In this document: positions 1-8,764 of the stretch, one piece after another
How positions within the stretch are numbered: the stretch's first letter is position 1
Layout: each line of letters starts with the position of its first letter
Source of the DNA: an uncultured Actinomycetes bacterium
GTDB taxonomy: Bacteria > Actinomycetota > UBA4738 > HRBIN12
Length of the DNA stretch: 64,000 bases
Assembly (NCBI GenBank): GCA_963704885.1
Contig: CAVPIB010000007.1
Span: forward strand, 1 to 64,000
Reading direction: 5' to 3'
The notes under the pieces: generated by a model
Databases searched by the model: none
Seen by the model: the letters and a program-made list of their open reading frames with translations, nothing else
Told to the model about the DNA's origin: nothing
Program-made: the position numbers and the translations under genes

Positions 1-120
1 CGCGCCGATCTTGCGGTTGCGCGCCGACCGCCGCTGCCGCTGCTGTAGCGCCCTCCACGAGTCCTGGTCGGGCTCGATCTGTTTCGTGACGATCTCGAAG
101 ACCTCCCTCAGCTCAGCCAT
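1..120 (-). CDS. N-terminal part of a hypothetical protein, probable anti-sigma/membrane partner of the ECF sigma factor (truncated by window edge)
   Basis: ATG at 120 overlaps the sigma stop region, with a GGAGG RBS. Reads MAELREVFEIVTKQIEPDQDSWRALQQRQRRSARNRKIGA and stays open to the window edge. Confidence 0.6.
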   Translation of the reverse strand, partial: MAELREVFEIVTKQIEPDQDSWRALQQRQRRSARNRKIGA

Positions 121-628
121 GCGGACCTCCGGTCCGTAGGACGGCCCTGCCTTGCGTGGCGAGCGCTCGCACGGTGGATGGGCGGATGTGCATGATGCCG
201 GCCGCTTCCTCCGAGCCGAAGCCGTACAGATCGAGCAGGACGAGAGCGGCTCGCTGCCGAGGTGCCAGGCGACACAGCATCTGGTGTACGTCTTCTCGTA
301 GGTTCACCTCGTCGAACGGATCGGTCGCCGCATCTGGCCTGACCAGTCGTGCGGCGGCTCGACGTGCTCCGCGCACCCGCATCCGCGATCCGTTGAGCGC
401 CACGCGGAACAGGTACGCCGTTGGGTCCCCGATCCGGTCGATGGTGTCCCACCGCTCCCACAGCTTGAGGAAGGCGTCCTGCATGAGTTCGGCGGCGTCG
501 GCTCGATTACCTGTGACGAAGAAGAGGGCCTTGAACAGTTTCGCGTGTTCCTCGGCGTAGAACACCGAGAAGTCGGCCGGTGGTGAGACCGGGTCCGGGA
601 ACTGGATGACGCCGCCCTCTGCCTGCAT
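113..628 (-). CDS. ECF (sigma-70 family) RNA polymerase sigma factor
   Basis: Region 2 (DAAELMQDAFLKLWERW, AYLFRVALN) and region 4 (LAPRQRAALVLLDLYGFGSEEAAGIMHIRPSTVR) motifs. Confidence 0.9.
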   Translation of the reverse strand: MQAEGGVIQFPDPVSPPADFSVFYAEEHAKLFKALFFVTGNRADAAELMQDAFLKLWERWDTIDRIGDPTAYLFRVALNGSRMRVRGARRAAARLVRPDAATDPFDEVNLREDVHQMLCRLAPRQRAALVLLDLYGFGSEEAAGIMHIRPSTVRALATQGRAVLRTGGPHG

Positions 629-719
629 CGCCTTCCTAGATGCCGCCGCGGGCCGCGGCGCTTAGTGGACCAGCAAGGATGACGCAGGAAGCTTCGCTTT
701 GGAACGGGGGGCTACTCGG

Positions 720-1472
720 TCACACGATGCCTCGCAGCTCCTCCGGCACGAGGTCGGCGAACTGCCATGCGGTCCACAGGTCGCTGGTCAGGCGCGGAGC
801 CGATGATCGAACGCCGAACCGCTCGAAGTGCTCGCACACGCGGACCAGATCGCGTTCCAGCAGCCCGCGTGCGTGCTTGTTCTTACGCGGGTCGACCGCC
901 TGCGGAAGGTCGATGATCGTGACCTGTCCATCCCAGACAAGGACGTTGTATGCGGACAGGTCGCCGTGGATCACGTTGCGATACAGGAACAGCTCCACGT
1001 TCCGCAGCACCTGCTTGAACAACGCCTCGGCCTCGTCGCGATCGGGACGGTAGCTCCGCAGCTGCGGCGCGGCGTCGTCCTCGTCACCGATGTACGTCAT
1101 CAAGATGGCGCGATCGGTCCGCATGATCGGCCTCGGGACGTCGGCGCCCGCGTCGGCGAGCTCGCGAAGGGTCTCCCACTCGCGGTCCACCCATATCGCG
1201 CCGGCTACCTCGCGACCGAACCTCGTCTTCTTCTCCACGGCGACGCGGATGCGTCGCTCCTTGATCCATTCGCCGTCGCGGTAGAGGGCTTCATCCCGGA
1301 ACTCGCGACGATCGGGCGGGTGATAGACCTTGAGCGCCAGCAGCCGCTCCCCGCTCATGTCGGGATCGGCCCGGCACAGGTGCACCGAAGCCTCTTTGCC
1401 GCTCTTGATCGGTCTGATGATCTTGGTGATGAGCCCTTCATCCAGGAAGGGCTCGAACGAGTTGTCCTGCAA
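720..1472 (-). CDS. RIO1-family atypical Ser/Thr protein kinase
   Basis: Motifs SGKEASV, HGDLSAYNVL and IIDLPQ. TTG start at 1472 chosen because GAGGAGG lies just upstream. Confidence 0.9.
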   Translation of the reverse strand: MQDNSFEPFLDEGLITKIIRPIKSGKEASVHLCRADPDMSGERLLALKVYHPPDRREFRDEALYRDGEWIKERRIRVAVEKKTRFGREVAGAIWVDREWETLRELADAGADVPRPIMRTDRAILMTYIGDEDDAAPQLRSYRPDRDEAEALFKQVLRNVELFLYRNVIHGDLSAYNVLVWDGQVTIIDLPQAVDPRKNKHARGLLERDLVRVCEHFERFGVRSSAPRLTSDLWTAWQFADLVPEELRGIV

Positions 1473-1561
1473 CGTGATTCCTCCTCGAGAGATGTGGCGA
1501 TCGGACGGGCGAACGCCACGTCCCGAAGGGATCCGTGCAGAGAGCGAACGTGCGGGTTCGG

Positions 1562-1621
1562 CTACGCGGAAACTGAGGGACGCGGTGTCTGGGCGCTGTC
1601 GCTGAACGCACTCGCAGCCAT
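1562..1621 (-). CDS. putative 19-aa leader peptide (uORF) MAASAFSDSAQTPRPSVSA upstream of RIO1 kinase
   Basis: AAGGAGG 8 nt before ATG at 1621, TAG at 1562-1564; lies between a sigma70-like promoter and the RIO1 start. Confidence 0.5.
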   Translation of the reverse strand: MAASAFSDSAQTPRPSVSA

Positions 1622-1679
1622 CACACATCCCTCCTTCCGAGCCTCGTGGTGCCAGCGTACGTCCGCACGCCGCTCAGTG

Positions 1680-1708
1680 AGGATAGGCCCCGCCCACAGG
1701 TGTGGCAA
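1680..1708 (-). promoter_or_regulatory. sigma70-type promoter for the uORF-RIO1 transcript
   Basis: TTGCCA-N17-TATCCT on the minus strand. Confidence 0.55.
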
Positions 1709-1711
1709 GCG

Positions 1712-1733
1712 TGTCACACCTGCTGACTAGGAT
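1712..1733 (+). promoter_or_regulatory. RecA-NDp/PafBC-type DNA-damage promoter of radA (leaderless)
   Basis: TGTCAC-N10-TAGGAT, 6 nt before the radA ATG; resembles the actinobacterial TGTCRG-N10-TANNNT motif. Confidence 0.55.
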
Positions 1734-1739
1734 CGCTGT

Positions 1740-3089
1740 ATGGCAAGAGCGAAGAGCACCTTGGCGTGCACAGGGTGCCGCCAACAGGTCGCGCAGTGGG
1801 TCGGCCGTTGTCCCGGCTGCGGGTCATGGGGAACGATCGAGGAGTCGTCGGGAGGCCGCGGCCTGACCGGCGGGATGACACCGGTGACTCTGGCTGCCGC
1901 GTCGGATGAGGCGAAGCGGGTGTCGTCGGGCTTCGATGGCATCGACCGAGTGCTGGGTGGGGGTATCGTCCCCGCCTCGGTCACCCTGCTCGCCGGGGAA
2001 CCCGGTATCGGCAAATCCACGCTCTTGCTGCAGATTCTCGCCCACCTTTCGGAGGCGGGACATAGGTGCCTGCTGGTCTCGGGTGAGGAATCGCACGCGC
2101 AGGTGGCGGCGCGAGCCCAACGGCTGGGTGTGTCTGGTGACGACATCTCATTCGCCCCCGGTCGCGATCTGGCCGCGGTCATCGACACGGCGCTGGCAGC
2201 GGCGCCGTTCGTCCTGGCCGTGGACTCCATCCAGACCATCCGGGACGTGACGGGGACCCAGATGCCCGGTGGCACCTCCCAGGTGCGTCTATGTACCGAC
2301 GCGCTGATCGGCATGGCGAAGTCCGAGGGGATAGCCGTGTTGCTCACCGGTCACGTCACGAAGGACGGCGATCTGGCCGGTCCACGGGCGCTGGAGCACG
2401 CCGTGGACACCGTTCTCATCTTCGACGGCGACCCGCGTTCTGGGCTCCGCGTGCTTTCGGGCGGGAAGAATCGGTACGGAGCCGAGGGCGAGAACGCGTG
2501 GTTCGAGATGGGTGGTCATGGCCTGCGGGAGATCGACCCGACTGGGCTCCTGGTGTCCCACGGTCGGTCGCCAGGGGCGGCTGTGGCGCTGCCCAAAGCC
2601 GGGAGGCGGGCGCTGGCGGTCGAGGTCCAGGCGCTGGTCGGTTCGACAGAGGGTCCGGCTCGGCGCCAGGTCACCGGGCTCGACCTCCGGCGGTTCCAAC
2701 TCGTAGCGGCGGTCGTGGATCGTGCCGCGCAGGTGCCGCTCGGACGCGTCGAGCTATTCGGTGCATCCTCAGGAGGGGTGCGCGTGGACGACCCGGCCTG
2801 CGACCTCGCCATCGCCGCCGCCCTGGCGTCGGCCTTCACTGGGGTGGCGCCACCCCAGGGTTCTGCGTTCATAGGCGAGGTGGCCCTCACCGGGATCATC
2901 CGTCCGGCCGCGTCCATCACCCAGCGGCTCGCCGCCGCGCGAGCGGCAGGTTGTTCGGTCGTCTACGCGGCGGGGGATCCTTCCAAGGTCCCAAGGGGGC
3001 TCCGCGTCGTTCCGGTGCGTCATCTCAGACAGGCGCTCGACTGGGCTTTCCAGTCGGAGGATGGGCCGGTTCGTGCCCACACGGCGTAG
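1740..3089 (+). CDS. radA: DNA repair protein RadA/Sms
   Basis: C4 zinc finger CTGC..CPGC, Walker A GEPGIGKS, KNRYG (variant of KNRFG), Lon-like C-terminus. Confidence 0.95.
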   Translation: MARAKSTLACTGCRQQVAQWVGRCPGCGSWGTIEESSGGRGLTGGMTPVTLAAASDEAKRVSSGFDGIDRVLGGGIVPASVTLLAGEPGIGKSTLLLQILAHLSEAGHRCLLVSGEESHAQVAARAQRLGVSGDDISFAPGRDLAAVIDTALAAAPFVLAVDSIQTIRDVTGTQMPGGTSQVRLCTDALIGMAKSEGIAVLLTGHVTKDGDLAGPRALEHAVDTVLIFDGDPRSGLRVLSGGKNRYGAEGENAWFEMGGHGLREIDPTGLLVSHGRSPGAAVALPKAGRRALAVEVQALVGSTEGPARRQVTGLDLRRFQLVAAVVDRAAQVPLGRVELFGASSGGVRVDDPACDLAIAAALASAFTGVAPPQGSAFIGEVALTGIIRPAASITQRLAAARAAGCSVVYAAGDPSKVPRGLRVVPVRHLRQALDWAFQSEDGPVRAHTA

Positions 3090-3214
3090 AACATTCGGAC
3101 CCGCATCATCGGCCGAAAGGCCCTCTGACCTGCGGGTTTGGGTTGCGCTGCATAGCTGATGCGTGCTATCTTCTGACTAGTCATCCCGCGAAACGCTTCC
3201 TCAAGGGGGTTCCG

Positions 3215-3724
3215 TTGTTCCGAAAAGGCGACACCGTGGTGCACCCGGAACATGGGGCCGCAGTGATCCAGGAACTCCGTGAGAAGGAGTTCCTCGGTGA
3301 GAAGCGAACCTATCTGGTGCTGCGGGTAGCCTACGGCGACCTCACCCTCTTGATCCCCGTGGAATCGACCGAACAGGTTGGTCTGCGACAGGTGGTCAGC
3401 AAGAACGAGGTCAAGAAGGTCCTGAAGGTGCTCACCGAGGACGAGTCCTCGATGGCCGCCAATTGGAGCCGCCGCTTCAAGAACAACATGGAGAAGCTGC
3501 ACTCCGGCGACCCATATCAGGTGGCAGAAGTCCTGCGGAACCTGGCCATCCGCGAGCGTGAGAAGGGCCTTTCAGCGGGCGAGAAGCGCATGATCCTCAA
3601 GGCGCGCCAGATCCTCATCTCAGAGCTCTCTCACGCCACCGACAAGACCGAGGATGAGGCCGAGATCATGATCGACGAGGTCATCGACGGCGCCCACGGC
3701 GTCAAGATGGCCGCTCAGGCCTAA
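3215..3724 (+). CDS. carD: CarD family transcriptional regulator
   Basis: FRKGDTVVHPEHGAAVI, NWSRRFKNN, LSAGEKRM; TTG start after AAGGGGG. Confidence 0.93.
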   Translation: MFRKGDTVVHPEHGAAVIQELREKEFLGEKRTYLVLRVAYGDLTLLIPVESTEQVGLRQVVSKNEVKKVLKVLTEDESSMAANWSRRFKNNMEKLHSGDPYQVAEVLRNLAIREREKGLSAGEKRMILKARQILISELSHATDKTEDEAEIMIDEVIDGAHGVKMAAQA

Positions 3725-3792
3725 CCGGCCCGCTGGCGGCCGCTCCTCCCTAAGCCACAGGTCGCATCAGCCGCCCTTTTCGGCCCAACCAT

Positions 3793-3820
3793 TCAGGTCT
3801 GCCCTCGGTTCGACCGATGT
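3793..3820 (+). promoter_or_regulatory. sigma28/WhiG-like promoter (PIN/TRAM gene)
   Basis: TCAGG-N15-ACCGATGT. Confidence 0.4.
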
Positions 3821-3878
3821 CTCCTATCAGGGGCAAGAGCCGGTCTGCCCCCGCGGACGACGGAAGGGATCCGAGGGG

Positions 3879-4952
3879 ATGGGCGACGCCACGTCGGAGG
3901 GTCGCAAGAGCGCGCTGAAGGGGCGCCTGGTCGAGGGCGTCCGCATGATCTTCGTTGCCCTCCTGGCAACGGCCGGGTACGAGGTCAGCGCCCGGGTGTC
4001 TGAACCGAGCGGCTCTCAGACCCTGCTCTACGTCTTCATGGGTGCCGGGGTCGGCTACGTCATCGGTGGCGTGCTGGGCCGGCTGACGCTGCGCGCGGTC
4101 ACGGGCCTGGAGCGCGAGCTTCGGCGGACCCCTGCCCCACAGCTCGCCGGCGCCGTCGTCGGCCTGGTCATCGGGCTCATCATCGGCGCGCTCCTCATGG
4201 TGCCTCTCCTGTTCCTGCCGGCTGCGGCCGCCTGGCCCGCGCTGGTGTTCCTCTACATGGTCCTTGGCTCGCTCGGCTTCAGGATCGGGGCCACGAAGTA
4301 CGAAGACATCTTCGGACTGGTCGGTATGAAACCTAGGGCCGCCGTGGCGAGCAGGGGCGACCTGCACGTCATCGACACCAGCGCGTTGATCGACGGACGT
4401 GTCGCAGATCTCGTGGCGACCGGTTTCGTGGCTGGGACGATGCTCCTTCACGACGGGGTTCTCCGCGAGCTCCAATCGATCTCCGACTCTTCGGATCCCC
4501 GCCGGCGCACCCGTGGTCGTCGTGGATTGGATGTGCTGGTCGAATTGCAGAAGTCCCCCACCGTGCAGCTCCAGCTCGTCGAGGAGGCGGGGGTCATGGA
4601 CGTGGACGCCGCACTCGTACGACTGGCTCGCGAACGCGGTGGAACGCTGATAACCGTCGACGCGAACCTGGCCAAGGTCGCGGAGGCGCTGCGCGTGCCG
4701 GTCGCTCAGATCAACGCACTCGCATCCAAGTTCCGGGTTCCTTATGCTGCCGGCGACGAGATCTCCGTCCGGCTGGTCAAGGAGGGCCGCGAACACGGGC
4801 AGGGCGTCGGGTACCTGGACGACGGCACCATGGTGGTCGTCGAGAAGGCCGATGAGCAGATCGGCACGCAGGTCGAGGTCAAGGTGACGAACGTCATCCA
4901 GACGACGACCGGCCGGATGGTGTTCGCGGCGCTCGCCGAGATCGACGCCTAA
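3879..4952 (+). CDS. membrane protein with PIN and TRAM domains (YacL-like)
   Basis: N-terminal TM helices, PIN motif IDTSALIDGR, RGRRGLD, GVGYLDDGTMVVVE, TRAM QTTTGRMVFA. Confidence 0.9.
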   Translation: MGDATSEGRKSALKGRLVEGVRMIFVALLATAGYEVSARVSEPSGSQTLLYVFMGAGVGYVIGGVLGRLTLRAVTGLERELRRTPAPQLAGAVVGLVIGLIIGALLMVPLLFLPAAAAWPALVFLYMVLGSLGFRIGATKYEDIFGLVGMKPRAAVASRGDLHVIDTSALIDGRVADLVATGFVAGTMLLHDGVLRELQSISDSSDPRRRTRGRRGLDVLVELQKSPTVQLQLVEEAGVMDVDAALVRLARERGGTLITVDANLAKVAEALRVPVAQINALASKFRVPYAAGDEISVRLVKEGREHGQGVGYLDDGTMVVVEKADEQIGTQVEVKVTNVIQTTTGRMVFAALAEIDA

Positions 4953-5012
4953 CCCCAACCCCTTGGATCGCGGTCCCATCTGGCCCGGCCGGGGTCTGTC
5001 ATGCTTCCTCCC

Positions 5013-5705
5013 ATGGGACGGGCACGTGCCTCCGCCGTGGTGGTCGCCGCGGGCGCGGGGACCAGGCTGGGCGCGGACGAACCGAAGTCCCTCCTGGAGA
5101 TCGGTGGCAGGTCGATCGTGGCCGTAGCGGTCGGGGCGGTGATCGCATCACCCGCGATCGATGACGTTGTGGTCGCGGCGCCCCCGGGGTCCGAGGATCG
5201 GGTGCTCCGTGTCTTGTCCGAGCTCGACTCGCCCATCGCAGTGGTGTCGGGGGGTGAGACCCGACAGCGATCCGTCGCAGCTGCGCTGCAGGGTATCTCG
5301 GCCGCTTCGGACATCGTGGTGATCCACGACGCGGCTCGACCCTTCGCCTCTCCCGACCTCTTCACCGCCGTTGTCCAGGCGGTGGCGTCCGGAGCCGACG
5401 GGGCTGTGCCGATCCTGCCGCTGACGGACACCGTGAAGCGAGTGCGCGGCGGGGTGGTCGTTCAGACCGAGGCACGCGAGGAGCTCGGCTTGGCCCAGAC
5501 CCCGCAGGCATGTCGCGTGGAGGTCCTGCGCGCAGCGCTCGACCGCGCGGCGGATGCGCGACTGGACTTCACCGACGACGCTGGTCTACTCGAATGGGCG
5601 GGCGCCTCGGTCCGGGCTTTGCCCGGGGAGCCGGGGAACTTCAAGATCACCACTCTGCTCGATCTCCTTCGGGCGGACGAGCTCCTGCGAGGCGGCGGTG
5701 GCTGA
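5013..5705 (+). CDS. ispD: 2-C-methyl-D-erythritol 4-phosphate cytidylyltransferase
   Basis: AAGAGTRLG, GGETRQRSV, IHDAARP, QTPQ, FTDD, NFKITT. Confidence 0.95.
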   Translation: MGRARASAVVVAAGAGTRLGADEPKSLLEIGGRSIVAVAVGAVIASPAIDDVVVAAPPGSEDRVLRVLSELDSPIAVVSGGETRQRSVAAALQGISAASDIVVIHDAARPFASPDLFTAVVQAVASGADGAVPILPLTDTVKRVRGGVVVQTEAREELGLAQTPQACRVEVLRAALDRAADARLDFTDDAGLLEWAGASVRALPGEPGNFKITTLLDLLRADELLRGGGG

Positions 5706-6168
5706 GCCGCGGGTCGGATCCGGGTTCGACGCTCATCAACGCGACGCGGCTCGTCCTCTGTGGCTCGGCGGGGTGCTGTTCGATGGTGAAGCCGGGCTGG
5801 CGGGACACTCGGACGGTGACGCCGTCTGCCACGCCCTGGCCGACGCGCTCCTGGGGGCCGCCGCGCTCGGCGATATCGGGCAGCACTTCTCCGACACGTC
5901 GCCGGAGAGCGCGGGGATCGCGGGAGGCGAGCTGCTGTCGCGGATCGCGACCTTGTTGCGAGATGCCGGGTTCTCTCCCGTTGCCTGCGACGTGACGATC
6001 CTGTGCGCGACCCCCATGATCGCCCCACACCGGGATCAGATGCGGCGCGTACTCGCCCAGGTCCTGGAGGTTCCGATCGAACGGGTGTCGGTCAAGGGCA
6101 CCCGGCCCGAGGGGCTTGGCCTCAGCGGAGACGGGATCGGCTGTTGGGCGCTGGCCACGATCCGATGA
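5698..6168 (+). CDS. ispF: 2-C-methyl-D-erythritol 2,4-cyclodiphosphate synthase
   Basis: GFDAH, GHSDGDAVCHALADALLGAAALGDIG; GTG start overlaps the ispD end. Confidence 0.95.
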   Translation: MAEPRVGSGFDAHQRDAARPLWLGGVLFDGEAGLAGHSDGDAVCHALADALLGAAALGDIGQHFSDTSPESAGIAGGELLSRIATLLRDAGFSPVACDVTILCATPMIAPHRDQMRRVLAQVLEVPIERVSVKGTRPEGLGLSGDGIGCWALATIR

Positions 6169-6911
6169 GCCGGGAAGCGGTGATCGGCGGCCGGCGGGCC
6201 GTGGTCGAAGCCATCCGGTCGGGTCGTGTCCTGGAGCTGCTGGTGGCTCCCAATGTCCGCGACACCCAAGGGATGCGGGCTGTCACGCAGGAGGCGGCCG
6301 CCTCCGGGGTCCCGATCCATGAGACCGATCGTCAACGCCTGGATCTGCTCGCCACGAACCACCAGGGCGTGGTCGCGCGTCTGCGGCCCGACGATGAGCG
6401 ACCAGCCGAGATAGGCGAACGCGATCTGTCTTCGTTCCCGTTCCCCGACGACGCGCTGGTGGTGGTGCTGGACGGCATCACGGATCCTCAGAACCTCGGC
6501 GCCGCCGCACGGACGGCCGAGGTGGCGGGGGCCGTCCTGATCGTGACCCGGATCAGGCGCGCGGCCGACGTCACGCCGGCGGCGATCCGGGCGTCGGCGG
6601 GCGCGCTCCTGCATCTACCGCACGCCAGGGTCGCCAACATCCAACGCGCGATCGAGCGGCTCAAGGATGTGGGCTTCACGATCGTCGGCCTGCACGGCGA
6701 GGCCTCGGTCGGGATCTACGACGAGCCGTGTCCCGAAGGGCGAGTGGCGATCGTCGTGGGGAGCGAGGGAGCCGGTCTCTCGCGCCTGGTGCGCGAGCGA
6801 TGCGACACCCTCGTGTCGTTGCCCATGCCCGGCCGGGTCGGTTCGCTGAACGCGTCGGCCTCGCTCGCCGCTGCGCTCTATGGGTACGTTCTGGCTCCCA
6901 GGAGAACCTGA
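6165..6911 (+). CDS. rlmB: 23S rRNA (guanosine-2'-O)-methyltransferase RlmB (SPOUT/TrmH family)
   Basis: HQGVVA, LDGITDPQNLGA, VGSEGAGLSRLV, SLNAS; ATGA overlap with ispF. Confidence 0.9.
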   Translation: MSREAVIGGRRAVVEAIRSGRVLELLVAPNVRDTQGMRAVTQEAAASGVPIHETDRQRLDLLATNHQGVVARLRPDDERPAEIGERDLSSFPFPDDALVVVLDGITDPQNLGAAARTAEVAGAVLIVTRIRRAADVTPAAIRASAGALLHLPHARVANIQRAIERLKDVGFTIVGLHGEASVGIYDEPCPEGRVAIVVGSEGAGLSRLVRERCDTLVSLPMPGRVGSLNASASLAAALYGYVLAPRRT

Positions 6912-6930
6912 CCGGGATATCCTCGGACCG

Positions 6931-7401
6931 ATGGATCAGCTCCCCCCTCCGCCGCCGCTTCCCGAGATGCCGGGAGTGCCTCTCCCCGTTCCTTCCGTCG
7001 GGACCGGCCGGCCCGTCAGACCGCAGATCGTCACGGCCGCGGGCGTGATCCTCATCGCCCTCGGCGCACTCGGGATCTTCGGCGGTCTCATCCTGCTGGT
7101 GCTCGACCCCGAGGACCTCTCCGGTATCAGCACCGTGAACCTGGAGCGGGTCGCGCGTGGGGTCAGCGTTCTGGCGCTGGCCTTCGGTGGGCTCGAGGTG
7201 CTGGCGGGGGTGCTCGTCCTACGACTGTCGAACGCAGGCCGGATCCTAGGTCTGGTTCTCGCCTGTTTCGGGGTGGTGGGAGGGTTGGGGAGCCTGGGGA
7301 ACGGCGCCGGCTTGGGGCTGGTGTCTCTAGGGCTCTACGGTCTAACCGTGTACGCGCTCTTCGCGCACGGAGGGGCCTTCGGGGGCGCGGGTGGACGGTA
7401 G
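6931..7401 (+). CDS. hypothetical integral membrane protein with Pro-rich N-terminus
   Basis: About four hydrophobic segments; TATCCT -10 box 7 nt before ATG. Confidence 0.7.
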   Translation: MDQLPPPPPLPEMPGVPLPVPSVGTGRPVRPQIVTAAGVILIALGALGIFGGLILLVLDPEDLSGISTVNLERVARGVSVLALAFGGLEVLAGVLVLRLSNAGRILGLVLACFGVVGGLGSLGNGAGLGLVSLGLYGLTVYALFAHGGAFGGAGGR

Positions 7402-7414
7402 ACTCGCCCACGAG

Positions 7415-7491
7415 GCCGGCGTGGCGCAGCCCGGTAGCGCAAGCGATTTGTAATCGCTAGGTCGTCGGTTCGAATCCGACCGCCGGCTCCA
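7415..7491 (+). tRNA. tRNA-Thr (anticodon TGT)
   Basis: Acceptor stem GCCGGCG/CGCCGGC, anticodon arm AGCGA-TTTGTAA-TCGCT, T-loop GGTTCGAATCC, encoded CCA. Confidence 0.96.
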
Positions 7492-7512
7492 ACGAACAGC
7501 GCGAGATCGGTG

Positions 7513-8718
7513 TCAGGCCGCGACCAGCAGCTCCTGGAGCCCTCGGATGATGTAGTTCGGTTTCCACGCGGGCTCGGCCAGGAGCGTCAGGTTGGGTAGG
7601 CGTCGCAGCACCGTCGAGAACGATGCCTCGAGCTCCAGACGAGCGAGCGGGGCCCCCAGGCAGAAGTGCACGCCGGCCCCGAAGGAGATGTGCGGGTTGG
7701 GCTCGCGACCCAGGTCCAGCCGGTCGGGCCGATCGAAGACCGACGGGTCACGGTTCGCCGATCCGAAGAGAAGCCCGAGCTCTGCTCCCTTCGGGACCTT
7801 CACTCCGCCGATCTCGACATCCTCCAAGACCCAGCGCTCGAACATCTGCAACGGCGTATCCCAGCGCATCAGCTCCTCGATCGCGCCGGGAACGAGCGAA
7901 GGATCTGCCCGCAGCCGGTCGAGTTGTTCGGGGTTGCGGAACAACGACCACCAGCCGTTCCCTGTGACGTTCACCGTGGCCTCGTGACCCGCGTTGAGCA
8001 GCAGGACGCACGTGCCGATCAGCTCGTCCTCCGTCAGGCGCGATCCCTCGTCGACCACACCGGCGAGCGCGCTGATGAGGTCGTCGCGGGGATCCGCGCG
8101 CCGCGCCCGAGAGAGCGCCCGCAGGTAGTCGGAGAACTCGACGCAAGCGCGCACGGCGGTCCGCGCCGTGTCGTCCGACGGGTGCAACTCGTACATGCCG
8201 CAGATGTCCGCCGACCACGGGCGGAGCAGGTGGCGATCGTGTTCGGGCACGCCGAGCAGCTCTGCGATCACGGCCACTGGTAGCGGCTCGGCGATCGTCG
8301 AGACGAGGTCGAACCGCCCCGAGCCTCTGACCTTCTCCACCAGCTCATCGATCATCCGACCGATGCGTTCGCGCATCCCTTCCACCATCCGTGGGGTGAA
8401 GGCTTTCGAGACCAACCCGCGCACACGGGTGTGGTCCGGCGGCTCCATGTCCAGGATGCCGCTGCGGATCAGGTGCCAGAACGGCTCATGCCATCCGGGC
8501 TCCTCGGGGCGTCCCATCTCGGCGTGCGTCGCCAGATGGTGGTAGGTGCGGCCGAACCGCCGATCGCGCAACAGAGCGTTGACGTCGCTGTAGCGCGAGA
8601 CCAGCCAGTGGTCGGTGGGCTCGTGGTACCAGATCGGGGCCCGCTCGCGCATCTCCGCGTAGATGGGGTAGGGGTCGGCGATGAAGCCCAGATCTTCGGG
8701 CTCGAACGCGAACTCCAT
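7513..8718 (-). CDS. cytochrome P450
   Basis: I-helix AGHEAT, EELMR (ExxR), heme motif FGAGVHFCLG. Confidence 0.96.
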   Translation of the reverse strand: MEFAFEPEDLGFIADPYPIYAEMRERAPIWYHEPTDHWLVSRYSDVNALLRDRRFGRTYHHLATHAEMGRPEEPGWHEPFWHLIRSGILDMEPPDHTRVRGLVSKAFTPRMVEGMRERIGRMIDELVEKVRGSGRFDLVSTIAEPLPVAVIAELLGVPEHDRHLLRPWSADICGMYELHPSDDTARTAVRACVEFSDYLRALSRARRADPRDDLISALAGVVDEGSRLTEDELIGTCVLLLNAGHEATVNVTGNGWWSLFRNPEQLDRLRADPSLVPGAIEELMRWDTPLQMFERWVLEDVEIGGVKVPKGAELGLLFGSANRDPSVFDRPDRLDLGREPNPHISFGAGVHFCLGAPLARLELEASFSTVLRRLPNLTLLAEPAWKPNYIIRGLQELLVAA

Positions 8719-8764
8719 GATCCTACGGTACTCCCGAGTATCCCCGCGGGTGAGGCTCGGAGGA

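Noticed and set aside
2291-3214. Apparent 300-aa N-terminal extension of CarD (likewise for DUF3263, GroES-like, LLM, CoxM, SDR)
   Set aside because: The extensions overlap real genes in other frames and read as Arg/Gly/Pro-rich noise. RBS or -10 boxes mark the downstream starts, so these are not fusions.
3879-4952. PIN toxin of a toxin-antitoxin or defence system
   Set aside because: The membrane PIN/TRAM (YacL-type) architecture in its usual radA-ispD context is housekeeping; there is no antitoxin gene.
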